Below, piece after piece: positions 41,201-53,424 of a stretch of DNA of 64,000 bases. The position numbers were made by a program, and so were the translations under genes. A model generated the notes under the pieces. The model saw only the letters and a program-made list of their open reading frames with translations. It did not search any database and was not told where the DNA came from. Position 1 is the stretch's first letter. Every line of letters starts with the position of its first letter. Source of the stretch: Squalus acanthias (lineage: Eukaryota); assembly GCA_030390025.1 (NCBI GenBank), contig CM059432.1, forward strand, positions 102,364,001 through 102,428,000. The letters are read 5' to 3'.

Positions 41201-41600
41201 TGCTGTTGTGACATGTCAAGGAAACTCAGCATCTGCCTGTACACCCTGTGTTGCAGGTAATGCCTCGTTGCGAGCTGCTCCCCTCTCTGCTGCTCTCCTC
41301 TCTGCTGCTCCCCTCTCTGCTGCTTCCCTCTCTGCTGCTCCCTTTCGGCTGTTCCTTTACCTGCTGCTGCCATCTCTACTTTCCAGCTACAAGGCTCTGA
41401 ACAGCAGGCTGCTGTTGGTGTTGGTGCTGGTGGTGGTCACATTGACCCTCGTCCGAGGTCCAATCTAAGGCAGCCATAGCACCACCCATCCGGATGTGAT
41501 TGAGCAAACCTCCAAAGTGGAGAAAGTAACCTCTGAGCAAAGCTGCATGAACAAACTCTTTCCCACTAGCAGGTAAGAAAGCAGCTGTGAGTACTGAGTA
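38246..41600. mobile_element. Decayed Harbinger: Myb-gene 3' part (+) and transposase pseudogene (-, about 41490-39440), split by CR1 39890-40660
   Basis: [60 protein letters not shown] and an acidic tail. Confidence 0.8.
39890..40660 (-). mobile_element. CR1 3' fragment inserted in the transposase
   Basis: LVRSQLEYCVQFWSP, LEQRRLRGDLIEVYK, ATCATAGA tail. Confidence 0.85.
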
Positions 41601-41604
41601 TTTA

Positions 41605-42570
41605 TTGCAGTGCTAGAAAGTGAGAAAGTCCTTGAGGGGTCAAAGACAGAATCTATTTGGTTGGAGTTAAGAAACAATAGAGCAGTTATTATGGTACTTG
41701 GTGTATTTTATGGGCCACCAAATAGTGGGAAGGAGATAGAGGAGCAGATTTGCAAAGAAATTACTGAGAGGTGCAAAAACAATAGAGTAGTGATAATGGG
41801 AAGTGTGTTCAGGAGAACTTTCTTGATCAGTATGTTTCTTGCCCAATGAGGAAGGAGGCATTGCTGGATCTAGCCCTGGGGAATGAAGAGGGTCAAGTGG
41901 AGAATTTCACAGTGGGAGAGCATCTCGGGAATAGTGATCATAGTATCATAAGGTTTAGATTAGTTATGGAGAAGGACAAGGAGCAATCTAGAATAAAAAT
42001 ACTTAAATGAACGAGGGCTAATTTTAGCAAATTGAGGAGGGATCTGGCCCAGGTAAATTGGAGTCAAAGACCGATGGGCAGAAATGTAATGGAGCAATGG
42101 GCGGCGTTTAAAGAGGAGATGGTTCGGGTACAGTCCAGGTACATTCCCACAAGGGGGAAAGGGAGAGCAACCAAAGCCAGAACTCCCTGGACGACGAAGA
42201 AGTTAGAGAGTAGGATAAAGCAGAAAAAGGGTGCGTATGATAGGTGTCAGCTTAATAATACAAGGGAGAATCAGGCTGAATATAAAAAGTACAGAGGAGA
42301 ATTGAAAAAGGAAATAAGAGAAGTGAATCCAAAGGTCTTCTGGTCATATTAACAGTAAAAGGGTTGTCAAAGGAGTGGTGCAGCCGATTAGGGACCAAAA
42401 TGGAGATCTTTTGGTGGAGACAGAAGGCATGGCTGGGGTACTAAATGAGTACTTTGCATCGATGTTTACCAAGGAAGAGGACTTTGCCAAAGCTACGGTA
42501 AATGAGGAGGTTGCCGGGATGCTGGATGAGATAAAAATAGATAAAGTGGAGATACTAGAAAGGCTGGCAA
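41605..42570 (+). mobile_element. CR1 ORF2 endonuclease/linker fragment
   Basis: ESIWLELRN..GVFYGPPNS, HLGNSDH, LNEYFASMFT. Confidence 0.75.
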
Positions 42571-42576
42571 GTTTTA

Positions 42577-43585
42577 GCCTGGCTTAGTGGTACCATTCTT
42601 GCTTCTAATTCAGAAAGTTGTAGTTTCAAGCTCCACTCCAGGACTTGAGCTCATAATCCAGGCTGATTCTTTAGTGTAATAGTGAGTGAGTGCTACATTG
42701 AGAGAGATGCAGGGGTAAAAATTGGGTAGCGCCCCCTTTGGGGTGCTACCTTCGCCGGGGCGCTAATTGTAGCGCCCCAAAAAAGTTAGCGCCCCTGCGG
42801 CCAATTTTCCCAGGTAGCGCCCCGCGAGGGAGGAGGGGCGCTACTGGAAGCGTGCCGCGGTACTGCAGGCCTTCCTCCCTTTATTAAAGGGGAGGGGCCT
42901 GGTGCAGCGTGTCCCAGAGCCCAGCTGGGCCACCAGGGATCGGGAATGCCGGCAAACGAGCCCGGCACTCAAGAGGAGTGCCAGGCTCACGGAAAACAGC
43001 CTGCACCCTGCGGGGGGACTTCACGGGGGCCGGGGACAGCAACGGGGGCAGGTACTGGCAGCTGGCCAGCAACAAAAATGGCTGCCCACCACCTCCCCTT
43101 TAACTAGCACCGCCCCAGCTGCAGGTAGGCCCCCCTAACCCCAGCGGACATAGCGTCCGGCGGTAAGTCAGGGGGCACCACCTAATGTTACAGCCGGGGC
43201 GCGAGCGGGGCACTGTGCACAGCGGCGGCGCTAACAGTTAGCGCCACCACTAACCTCCCACTGAATTTCGTGGGAGGCATTAGCGGCGCCACGCCCAAGC
43301 GCTAGTTGATTTGCACCCCGTTAGCGCTAACGGGAGGTGCAAATCATCCAAATTTAGCCCCCACAGTCTTTCAGTCATGATGTGAAACTGAGATCCTGTC
43401 TGCCTGTTCAATTGGACGTAAAAGATTCCATGGCACTATTCAAAGAAGAGCAGGGGAGTTCCCCTGGTATCCAGGCCAATATTTATCCCTCAGCCAACAA
43501 CTCCAAAACAAATTATCTGGTCATTTATCACATTTCTATTTGTGGGATCTTGGTGTGCTTAAATTGGCTGCCACATTTGCCTACT
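42577..43585 (+). mobile_element. tRNA-derived Deu-domain SINE (SacSINE1/AmnSINE1-like) split by a MITE
   Basis: A/B-box-like head; GGACGTAAAAGATTCCATGGCACTATTCAAAGAAGAGCAGGGGAGTTC...GGCCAATATTTATCCCTCA resembles the Deu-domain as I recall it. Confidence 0.65.
42712..43362. mobile_element. GC-rich Harbinger MITE
   Basis: GGGGTAAAAATT start; homologous to 61536-62296; flanks GCA/ACA. Confidence 0.8.
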
Positions 43586-43654
43586 GTTGTCGGAGACTGA
43601 GTATAGAACAGAAGTGAAGACTCACAAACATCTGTGCCAGCTATTCCCAGGCCC

Positions 43655-44395
43655 ACCTAAATGGTACAATTTTATAGTTGGTGCAGGAACAAAGAGACCT
43701 GGGGGTTTATATATATAAATCTTTGAAGGTGGCAGGACATTTAGATAAGGCTGTTATAAAAGCATACTGGATCCTTGGCTTTATAAACAGGCATAAGAGT
43801 ACAAAAGCAAGGAAGTTATGGTAAACCTTTATAAATCACTGGTTAGGCCTCAGCTGAAGTATCGTGTCGAATTCTGAGCACCACACTTTAGGAAGGTTAC
43901 CAAGACCTTGTAGAGGGTGCAGAGGAGATTTACTAGAATGGTCCCAGAGATGAAGAGAGACTAGATAAGCTGGAATGGTTCTCCTTAGAGCAGTGAAGGT
44001 CAAGGGGAGATTTAATAGAGGTGATCAAAATTATGATAGGTTTTGATAAGGTAAATAGGGAGAAACTGTTTCCAGTGGCAGAAGGGTCGGTAACCAAAGG
44101 ACACAGAGTAAAAGTAATTGGCAAAAGAACCAGAGGGAAGATGAGGAGAATTTTTTTTACGCAGCCATTTGTTATGATCTGGAATGCACTGCCTGAAAGG
44201 GTGGTGGAAGCAGATTCAATAGTAACTTTCAAAAGGGAAATGGACATATACTTGAAAGGGAAAAATTTGCAGGGCTATGGGGAAAGAACAGGACAGAGGG
44301 ACTAATTGGATAGCACTTTCAGAGAGCTGGCACAGGCACGATGACTGAATGGCCTCCTTCCGCACTGTATGATTCTATGATTCTATATTCTATGA
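43655..44395 (+). mobile_element. CR1 3' fragment
   Basis: IWNALPERVVEADSI; (ATTCTATG)n tail. Confidence 0.85.
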
Positions 44396-44399
44396 GTAC

Positions 44400-45120
44400 A
44401 TGCCAAAAAACAACTAGCTAACTGTAGTGGAGGAGCAGCAAGTGCAAAGCTGAAGCTATCCAGGGAAGTAGGTATTGACCTGCTCCTCCACATAACTGAT
44501 TATCTGAGGCAGTTTTTTGTCAGTACTTTGCTCCGTCTGACAGTCAATATAACAACAGCTTTTAATTACAACACCACCAGTAATTTCCAGGTCCAAACAG
44601 GAGACATTACAGGGGTGATCTACTATTCAGTCACAGAGCTGTGCCCACCAATGTGTCAACTATTAATGGAACAACGTCTGCAATCCCAAATGCAGCAGAT
44701 TTTTTGCAACCAGTGCAGTTTCCTAGGGGGTCAAGGAATAATCACATCTACCCATGTTATTGTTTGGGTACCGTCTAGCGATGTTATGTCATACACAAAT
44801 CAAAAGGACTTTCACTCGCTTAATGCACAGGTGATCGGTAATCTTCCATTTAGAATTATAAACACTAATTCTGCTTTTGTAGAAGTACCCATCATTCATA
44901 TGTCCTGTTCCAATCCAACATATTGGATAGAAGGCTCAGTAGCTATCTGCTGGGAAACATGGGCTACGTATTGTAATTATGGATCATGGCATTTATGCGC
45001 AATGAGGCCCATGCTTTGACCAGTGTGTTGATTGGTAGGCTCAAACAGTACTTCAGATACCCTGCTCTAGTGGTTGCATTACTTCTGAAAAGCTGATCAA
45101 AATAGTGATGGTATGCTGCA
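44400..45120 (+). pseudogene. Highly decayed Harbinger transposase remnant
   Basis: VNITTAFNY..FQ, QGIITSTHV, NQKDFHSLNAQV. Confidence 0.55.
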
Positions 45121-45611
45121 TAATATGGATAAAACGATTGATCCAAAGAATTTTATAGCACAGATGAAGGCCATTTGGCCAATCGTATCTGTGACAGCTC
45201 TCTAATAGAGCACTCCGAATGTCTCACTCTGTCCCTACAGCCGTGTGTCTTCCTCTGCTTCGTACGTGTATCCAATTTTAATTTAAAAGAAACAATAGTC
45301 TGTGCCTCAACCACTCCCTTTACAAAGCATTCAATGGTCCAACAACCTTCTGTGTGAAATAATTTCACCTAACCTTTCTGTTAGCAGATCAACAGCAAGT
45401 ATAGAATCTATTTTTTAAACGAGGAATCCATTTTATATTAAGCCTCTAAAGTTGGAAGCCTGCAGAGCTTAAACTTAAAAGCCTGAAGAACTCTACTGAT
45501 CTTCACGGGCCACTAGCAGCTTGATCTCGAGGTTGAGTTACACATTGATTACATTCAGATTTGGCCTTTATTACTGTTTTTGCAAGCCTAGAGACTAACT
45601 TACCTGTAGTG

Positions 45612-45929
45612 TAGTTCTTCGACAGCACCTCCCAAACCTATGACCTCTACCACCTAGAAGGACAAGGGCAGCCGATGCATGGGAACACCATGACCTCCAA
45701 GTTCCCCTCCAAGTCACATAGCATCCTGACTTGGAAATATATAATTGTTCCTTCACCGTCGCTGGGTCAAAATCCTGGAACTCCCCCCCTAACAGCACTG
45801 TGGGAGTACCTTCACCACACAGACTGCAACGGTTCAAGAAGGCGGCTTCTCAAGAGCAATTAGGGATGGGCAATAAATGCTGGCCTTGCCAGTGACGCCC
45901 ACACCCCATGAACGAATAATTAAAAAAAA
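45612..45929 (+). mobile_element. Crack-like LINE 3' tail
   Basis: Matches 24190-24510. Confidence 0.8.
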
Positions 45930-46730
45930 TGCCTTCTATATATAGTTAGTTTTCCAGATAAATCTTGCTGACCCTAAAACACCAATAGCTTCTGTTAGCC
46001 CTTATGACCACGGATATCAGAAGAAAGCCTTAAGTTCTAGATGTTTAGAGAGCCTGGAACGTCTTGATAAAGACTGGTATAAGCTGGTACAGTGCGTGTA
46101 AAGGTTATGAAATATATATGGATTAATGGTTAGGGAAGGGTGTAAAAAGAAGAAGATCAGAGTCAGAAGTTAGAAGAAGAAGATGAAATAGAAGGTAATA
46201 TTAAATTGATGCCGCTGACCCCCCAACCAGAGGAAATGTTTTTCCCTATTCATTCTATCCTGGATATTTAAAAAGACTCAATTAAAACTTCTCAGACTTC
46301 TCTGCTCCAGTGGAAATAATCCCAGTGTCCCATGTCCCTCCTCATTACAAGAGTTTCCCATTCCTGGCATCTTCCTGGTGAATCTGTGCCATATGCTGTC
46401 CATGGCTTTCATGTCCTTTCATGAATGGGACCCCTAAAACTGCACACAGCACTCTAACTGTGGCCAAACCAATTTTTTGTAGAAATTAATCATTACTTCT
46501 TTACTCTAGTACTCTATACTCCTATTTCTAAAACCCAAAGTTCCACTGGCCTTTTTTATGGCTTTATTCACCTGCACTCCGGCATGGACTCAATGGGCCG
46601 AATGGCCTCCTTCTGTGCCGTTTGACTCTACGACACTCACACTTTCAGGAAATTATGACCTAGAAACGGGCATGGAAGGGTGGGACACGCACTGCTCACA
46701 CCTGTTAGCATGATTCAAGCAGCACATAAT

Positions 46731-47477
46731 GGCCCATAATTTCCGATAGCAGGCTTCCTGCGTGCGGAGGCCTCCTATCGGAAAAAAATCTACGCTCTTA
46801 CCTGAGGGCTCCCGAGGTCCAGACACTTCCGCTCCTGGGCCTCTCCAAAATCGAAATGCGCAGGGCCCACGTATCCCAGAGGCGCAGGCAGTTTGCAAGC
46901 ATCCCTGGGATCACATGGGCCAGGCCAGCCAATAGGAGACGGGAATGTCCCTTCATACTTTTGACAGATAGACCTGTCAAATATATGAATGGAGATCACC
47001 CCAAAAGCACACTAAAACATTAAATACATTTTAAAAAACCATCACATTTTTAAAATGAGTTAAAATTACATTAAATTAATTATTTTAAACAAAAATGTAA
47101 TTTTTTGAAAAAAAGAATTAATGCTTTTTACAGGGCTAAAAATAAACTTACCTTTTTAAAAGTATTTTTAAATTGTAAATGAGTGAAAAAAAATTTTTTC
47201 ACTCTTATGCTGGTAAAAGCAAGCCTTACGCCTGCATTTACCAGGCATAAGATTTCTAAGGGTTTTCAGCGGGCGGAAGTTCTGCAGAAAGCAAAACTAT
47301 CCGCCCACAGGGGCCCTTCTCCAGGGCAGGCGTCCGATCTATCAAGAGCATTCTTGACAGATCGGAAATGCCGGTTTTCAGCACATGCGCTTCGCATGCC
47401 TGAAACCGGCATTTCTGATGTCCCTACAGGTGTGTACACAGCCTGTACACACCCATAGGCATCGGAAAATACGGGCC
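46731..47477. mobile_element. Harbinger-type MITE
   Basis: TIR GGCCCATAATTTCCGAT / ATCGGAAAATACGGGCC, TSD AAT; second copy at 14279-14947. Confidence 0.8.
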
Positions 47478-48699
47478 AATATTTGCATTGCCTACTGATT
47501 ATCATGAGTCAGGTATGAAGTCAGCGCAGTCAGAAAGAAAGTAAACTGTAGATGCTTTCCCCAGCCACTTCTTTCTCTCTGCTCTCCCTTCACACTTAAA
47601 GCTAACCCATGTCCCTCACTTTCATTTCAGGTGTTGAAAGTGTGGAGATACCTCTGCCAGTGGAGGAAGAGGAGGCCAACCTTTTGGAAGAACTGCAAGC
47701 AACATGAGAGGGGAAATTTTCCTCTTGGTTGTGCCTGAGGATTGCTTAGCTTCCCGGTTGAGTGAAGAAGAATTTGGGGTTGGGGATCCATTATATTGTG
47801 TCACAACCTCAACAACGCTGCTCTGGGATTTCCGCTTCTTCCCAGATGCAAGTGACTAGTCTTGTGTCCGAAGTAGGCACAGGGCCAGCTTAAGCATTGT
47901 AATGAGGTGGGAGGAGGCAGCCTGTCACACGAGCCTGATTGTCTGCCTGTTGGGAGCCCAAGCGAAGGCATTCAAAGAGACCTGCCAGTGGGGCTTATGC
48001 CAGGACCCTCCACAGACCTGACGGATTGCAGAAGTCCTGGGGATAGCCTGAACATTGTTGGTGCAAAAAACAGTATTTTAAAAAACCCTACTTAAGATCA
48101 TGTTTTCACAAGAAGTACTGGTCGACTTGAGCACAAGACTGTGCACCTTTATGAGCTGCTGCTTTCCCTTCTGCAGTGTTGTCTGCAATCTTACCCGTAA
48201 TGAGTTGAAGTGGCCCTCATAGCTTCTTGCATTTTGTCACCAAGAACTCCCATAGCTCCCATGTGCGCATTCACAGTAAAATTGGGAGTGCAACACAGCG
48301 TACATTTCCTAATCGCTGAATACTTCTAAGCATGCAAAGAGGCTTCTGTATGCTAAAGAACACAATGCAGGCATAAGTTCAATTACTAGTTACCATTTTC
48401 CACATAGCACACCCATTCCATCCATAGAAATCAGATGCTGGAGTTGAGTCAGCATCTATATATTGGAGACTCAATAGTAATGTGGTTTTCTGAGTTTCTT
48501 CCAGACATCATTGTCCTCCATGCACAACACAATAGGAATTTCATTCAGTCCTCCCCTACGATTCAAATTGGCTGAGCAAGATGAGCTAGAGGAAGAACAG
48601 GCTAGCAGGGATGTATGGTGGCACCAAAGGTGTACTGTTCAGACCCATTGCTATGCTACCCATTGGGTGTGCCATTTCTAGCACAGCTACCTGGGTTTA

Positions 48700-50050
48700 A
48701 TTGAACAAGCACGGCTGCGGAACCTGACCGAGCTGGAGGAGTCAGTGCTGAAGATAATTGGAGAGGCTGTCACTGAGGCTGTGGCGATCGGCAAGGCTGA
48801 AAGCATTGATGATGAAGGTATGCTCATACCTAATCCTGCTTCTCACATCCCACTTCCTCCTCATCCCACAATCTCTTCCCATTTACAAGCTGCTGGTGGT
48901 GTAAGCATGCAGCTCTTGCTTACCCCCCTCCCCTCACCACAACCAACCCTTGTGCATTTCTCCTTTCAGATACCCCAGAACTGCCACCAGCCCAGCCTGT
49001 GAAGGAATAAGTAGAGGAGGAGAGTGATGGAAAAGAAGAGACACTGTCACTTGATCTGATACTCTCAGGCAACAGCTCAGAAAATGACACAGCGCAAACC
49101 TTAGAAGGTAATTTCGAGGTGGGATCTGCATGTGGTGAGTCACCAGGCATGAGTGGGCTGCAGCCAGGGCGGGGGGAAAGGGTAGCGCAGGTGCCATTCC
49201 CTGGAGGGTGAGTTTGCGCACGAGGTCTGCTGTACAGGACTCAGATGAGGACCTCGATGGGGCAGTGTTCAGAAGAAGGGTGATGGGCATGCACACAGAA
49301 GTGCTTGGTGCATTGGCAGGCCTGCCAGAGAACTTCTTGTCAGTGTCAAGGAGCACGGAGGAGTCTGGTTCCAACATTGCACAGGGCTTTGCGCAGAGCT
49401 TGGAGCCCATGATTTCCAGATGGAAGTGATGGTCAACTCCATTAGAGCACTTGTGGACCCAACCATGATGCTGGGTGTGATGGGCGCTGTCGGAGCTTCT
49501 ATTGCAGCACAAGCGGAAGCGGCCCAAGGTCTGAGTGCTGCAGTGGAAGCTCAGACTGCTCTCATGCAGGCTCAGTTTGCTGCCACGCAAGATCAGACTG
49601 CTGCCATTGTGCCTGTGTTTACGAGTGTGGCAAGGGGCTTGCAGCATCTCATAGCAGTCCAGCAATCTGTCCTCCAACAGATGGCTAAGAATGCTGAGGC
49701 ACTGCCCCAGGGAGTGGCAGTGGCTCTGTGGAGCAAGAACCTGCTGTCCTCTCTCAGAATGGCAGCATTCGTACTTCCACCAGTGCCACACTGCCAGTGC
49801 CATTGCAGTTGCCTGTCAGTCAGCCAGTCCAGACAGCTGCCTCCTATGCTGAGGTGGTGAAGTCTACAGCTGGGCCTTCTTGGCCCAGAGCTGCTCGAGG
49901 TTGTTCCGCAAGGCCATCTGCAGTCTCCCCCATGGAAAGTCAGCAGCCTTCCACCAGCCATGCTGCAGCCACTGGGGTAGCACTTTGTAGGAGCAATAGA
50001 ATAGGCAAAGGCTTATGAAAGACAGACACTAAGGGAATGCACAAGGGTGA
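48700..50050 (+). pseudogene. Harbinger Myb/SANT-gene remnant (exons 2-3) of the element that hosts the provirus
   Basis: LTELEESVLKIIG exon with donor near 48818 and acceptor at 48969; EDLDGAVFRRRVMGMHTEVLG; stops and frameshifts. Confidence 0.75.
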
Positions 50051-50199
50051 TTAGTTGAGTTTGTAATGTAATATTGGAATTAATCATTTATAAATTATTT
50101 TTGGAATGTTTGTTTTGTGGTGGCTTTCATTTCAGTTTGGCGGCCAACAGGTCGCTGTGATGTTCCGTGACAGAAGAATGGTAAGGTGGGGAAGTCTTG

Positions 50200-50368
50200 A
50201 GCAACGGGGATCTGATGCTGCATTCAGGGGAACCGGTGTCTGATGATGCGCGGCACGGGGATTTGCAGCCTACCTCCCCCCTTCCTCAACCTCCTGCGCC
50301 TCCTCCTCTTCCTCCTTTTCTTTCTCCTCCTCCTCCTCCTGAGGTGGTCACGGAACCCATGGTGGCAA
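50200..50368 (-). pseudogene. C-terminal acidic tail of the Harbinger transposase interrupted by the provirus
   Basis: Continues HNLAIMRAQLL from 62340 as PP...PPQEEEEE. Confidence 0.7.
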
Positions 50369-51508
50369 TGAAAGGATAATTACTAGTCCTAGCCCCTTTA
50401 GGGCTACCCCGGATCAGGCGTATTCCTCAGACGATCACTTTCAACTACAGTTTGAGGTAGTCGAATCCTAAAGATGCTTAATTGGGTCTAAAGGTCCGGA
50501 CTATCTCTCCCTAAAGGAAAGGAACAACCTGAAAATGTTACCGTCCTCCAGATAGCACTTTTAATAAGTTTAGCTAGACTGTAACGTTCCGGATATTATG
50601 AGGGTCTGGAAAACTCCCCCAGAATTCTGCAACTCCTCACCAAAGAGTGTACAGAGATTGAGTTCACGAGTTTGATACAGAAGTCTTATGTGAGACAATT
50701 CTAAAAATATATAGATTTATTAAAGAACCGACATGTAATTTACAGTTGGTGAGTCAATCGCAACATTAACAGTTCCAAAAAGAGAAAGCTTACAATTCTA
50801 TTATCAGAGAACCTTACTCTCAAATCTTAACTTCACTACAGTTTTACAGTTCTTAGTTTTCTACAAGATATCCACCAAAATCAAATACCTTTGAACCCCA
50901 ACGTACAAAGAGTTGGAGACTTACAGCGCCACCTCTGAAGCCGAGAATTGCTTTGCCCCTTTAAAGCGAGTCTACTATCCCATTTGAGAGTTCAATATTT
51001 ATACCCTTTTCCAGTGGTATTTCCTTTAAGGTTTTCTGCTGATGTAAGCTAATTATCTCTAGTCATTTTTCTGCTGACCCCTGCAATTCTTACAGTCACC
51101 TTAGCTAGTAGCATTACAGAATTATGTCTCTTCTCTAGGTGTTCTGAGTTTACCATAAAAAACGGTGTAACGGCAGGTGTGTTTTACTTGATGTCATTTT
51201 TACGAAGGCAGATGTTTCTTACTTTTATGTGCTTCTTTACGAAGTGTAAATTAGAACACCTTGTACAGGGTGAACCATTGTTTCATTCCAAAAGGTTAGA
51301 CTACCGGAGCCTTTAACCTTCTGTTACAATAAGGTTATTGATTCAGTGTCAACAACTATCTTATCTCTATAGCCAGAATGCTTTCACAGCTTTTTCATAG
51401 TTAGGTTTCTAGATTTCCAAACCCAGTTTGTCAAGATTTAATAAGGCCAGAATTCTTTCAAAAGATAGTGTATTTTTCTGAGTAGGTTATATGGCTTATT
51501 CCTTCACA
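50369..51508 (-). repeat. 3' LTR (1140 bp, uninterrupted)
   Basis: Colinear with five segments of 54324-62339; TATAAA at 51003-50998, GTAAGT at 50924, AATAAA near 50720. Confidence 0.92.
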
Positions 51509-51518
51509 CACCTCTCTT
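51509..51518 (-). other. Polypurine tract
   Basis: AAGAGAGGTG immediately before the 3' LTR. Confidence 0.75.
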
Positions 51519-51792
51519 GACCAAAATTTGAGCTCAAACATCAAGGCCGAGTTTGGTCAATGTTACTAATAAGGTTACAATAGTACATTAATGTCACGAG
51601 ATTCACAAGAGCCCAATCATGTGCTACATAAAAAATCCTTTGAGTCATCCCAGGACAATATTTTGCCTTATTTTAAATTGATCACAAATTAAAAGAACGA
51701 TGGTACATTTTCATACAATTAGCGAAACAACATGTAATAAGAATGTCCAATTGGCAGATGCACATTCCGTAGAGGTGAGTTATTCATATGAG

Positions 51793-52140
51793 TCAAGGAG
51801 ATGTCATTTGGAACTGGCTGAAGCTTGACACGCTGTTCCATTGATCCAGCGTGCGTACAGATTCTTGTTTTTGTAAAGGTCTTGCCAGGAGCTCAGTTGA
51901 TTCATTCTCCATCCGCAGTGTTTTCCTCCTTCGTTGAAGTAACTCATTGATCTTTCTTTGTTTCGGTTGTGTCTTTTTGCGAATCCAATTCCTGAGGCGT
52001 TGCCAAGCATCGTGTGGAGGTGTCGGCGACACTGTCTGGCTGACCGTCATCAGTTGTTCGATCGCATCCATTTCCTGTGTCATGCTCCAAGCTGGGTCTT
52101 GAAAGACCATGTACAACTGCACCTTGTATTGTTCCTCCAT
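51793..52140 (-). pseudogene. env: Probable env N-terminus, truncated
   Basis: ATG overlaps the Asn-Gly codons of the integrase tail (NLK...NG), the position where prototype foamy virus env starts; no convincing protein similarity recognised. Confidence 0.5.
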
Positions 52141-52536
52141 TCCGGTATCCCGCAGGACATCTTTTGAGATTGACTATGGAGACAGTTTTAAGAATATGCT
52201 TGCCATTCAGCTGATTAATATGTATTTTAACTGTTCTTTCGTTAATAACGGAACGTATTTGAACAGGTTTTTTCCACTTAGGGCTTAAACCAGGTTTTTG
52301 CTCGAACTTCTTTTCCTGTACCCAATCTCCTGCTAGGGGTTGCCATGCATTGTTTGTCAATTTTTTCTGCCTACTTGCCTCCCTTATCCTCTGATCAATT
52401 TGATGAATCTCCTCTGTTACTTATTTTTTAAAATCTAACTGTCGCTGTCGGGTCAAGGACTCAGAGAGTGTAGAGGCAATAAAAGAATTATGGGTAAGCG
52501 ATGTATGCATCTCAACCCCATACATCAGATAATATG

Positions 52537-52623
52537 TGAGAAGTCGCACAACACCAGGTCATAGTCCAACAGCTTTATTTGAAATCACAAGCTTTCGGAG
52601 CACAACTCCTTCATCAGGTGAAG
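52537..52623 (-). mobile_element. 87-bp Penelope-type terminal insert
   Basis: Flanked by a 12-bp duplication TCAGATAATATG (52525-52536 / 52624-52635); contains a hammerhead core and AATAAA. Confidence 0.75.
52585..52621 (-). ncRNA. Minimal type I hammerhead ribozyme motif
   Basis: UCAC CUGAUGA A GGAG uugug CUCC GAAA GC UU GUGA: both core boxes, stem I, stem II and palindromic AGCU stem III. Confidence 0.72.
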
Positions 52624-53424
52624 TCAGATAATATGGAGTTTTAGGGGACACTGTCCCTGATGCAGATGTGGGCATAATATTCAGTGATAGCTGCACCTCC
52701 GGAATGATGGCAGTCCACTTATTTCCTCTGATTCTCAACAGTTTGACCAATAGCTTTATTACTTCCTTGTTTTTACGTTCCACCAGCCCCACTGATTGCG
52801 GATGACATGGCGTGCTGTGCTCTAACCCAATCCCCCGTTGTTCTCAGTAGTCTTTGAAGACCTTGGAGACAAAGGCTCCGCCTTAATCGGAGTGTAAGAT
52901 TTTGGGTGCACCAGCTACAGTAATTATGTCAGTAATAGCCTTGGCTAGTGCGTTTTCCGAAACAGTTTTTGTGGGGACCAGCCAGCAGAAGGAAGTGCAT
53001 CCATCTACACAAACGAGAACATGTCTGTATCCCAAAGATGGGGGAAGTGGTCCAATAAAGTCAATAAAGAATTTTCCCATTGGCTCATCAGCTTTCACAG
53101 GAGCCAATGGTGGTGGCTTAAATAGTGATGACTTATTGGTTAAATTGCATGGCTCACAATTTGCCACATATGTTTTACAGGCCTTAAGCATGCCTGGCCA
53201 CCAATATAAGGGAGTCAATTTGCAGAATGTTGTTCTGGCACCACTATGTGCTTGACCTATGCCCTCGTGAGCTTCTTTTACCAGCTGTTCTCGTTTGTGT
53301 CTCGGGGGTACTTCTCGGTTTCCCTTGGGCAACTTAACTAGCACAATACCAGTAGCGGATTCCGAGTAAAAGCACTTTGATGGATATCCTGGTGGATTCT
53401 CTTTTTTTGGGACTAATAGCTGAA

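Noticed and set aside
51004..51508. Pol III miRNA cassette in U3, as in some foamy viruses
   Set aside because: Only a short hairpin near 51292-51320; no convincing dumbbell with terminator seen
52370..52430. Central PPT in integrase
   Set aside because: Purine-rich on the minus strand but not a copy of the 3' PPT
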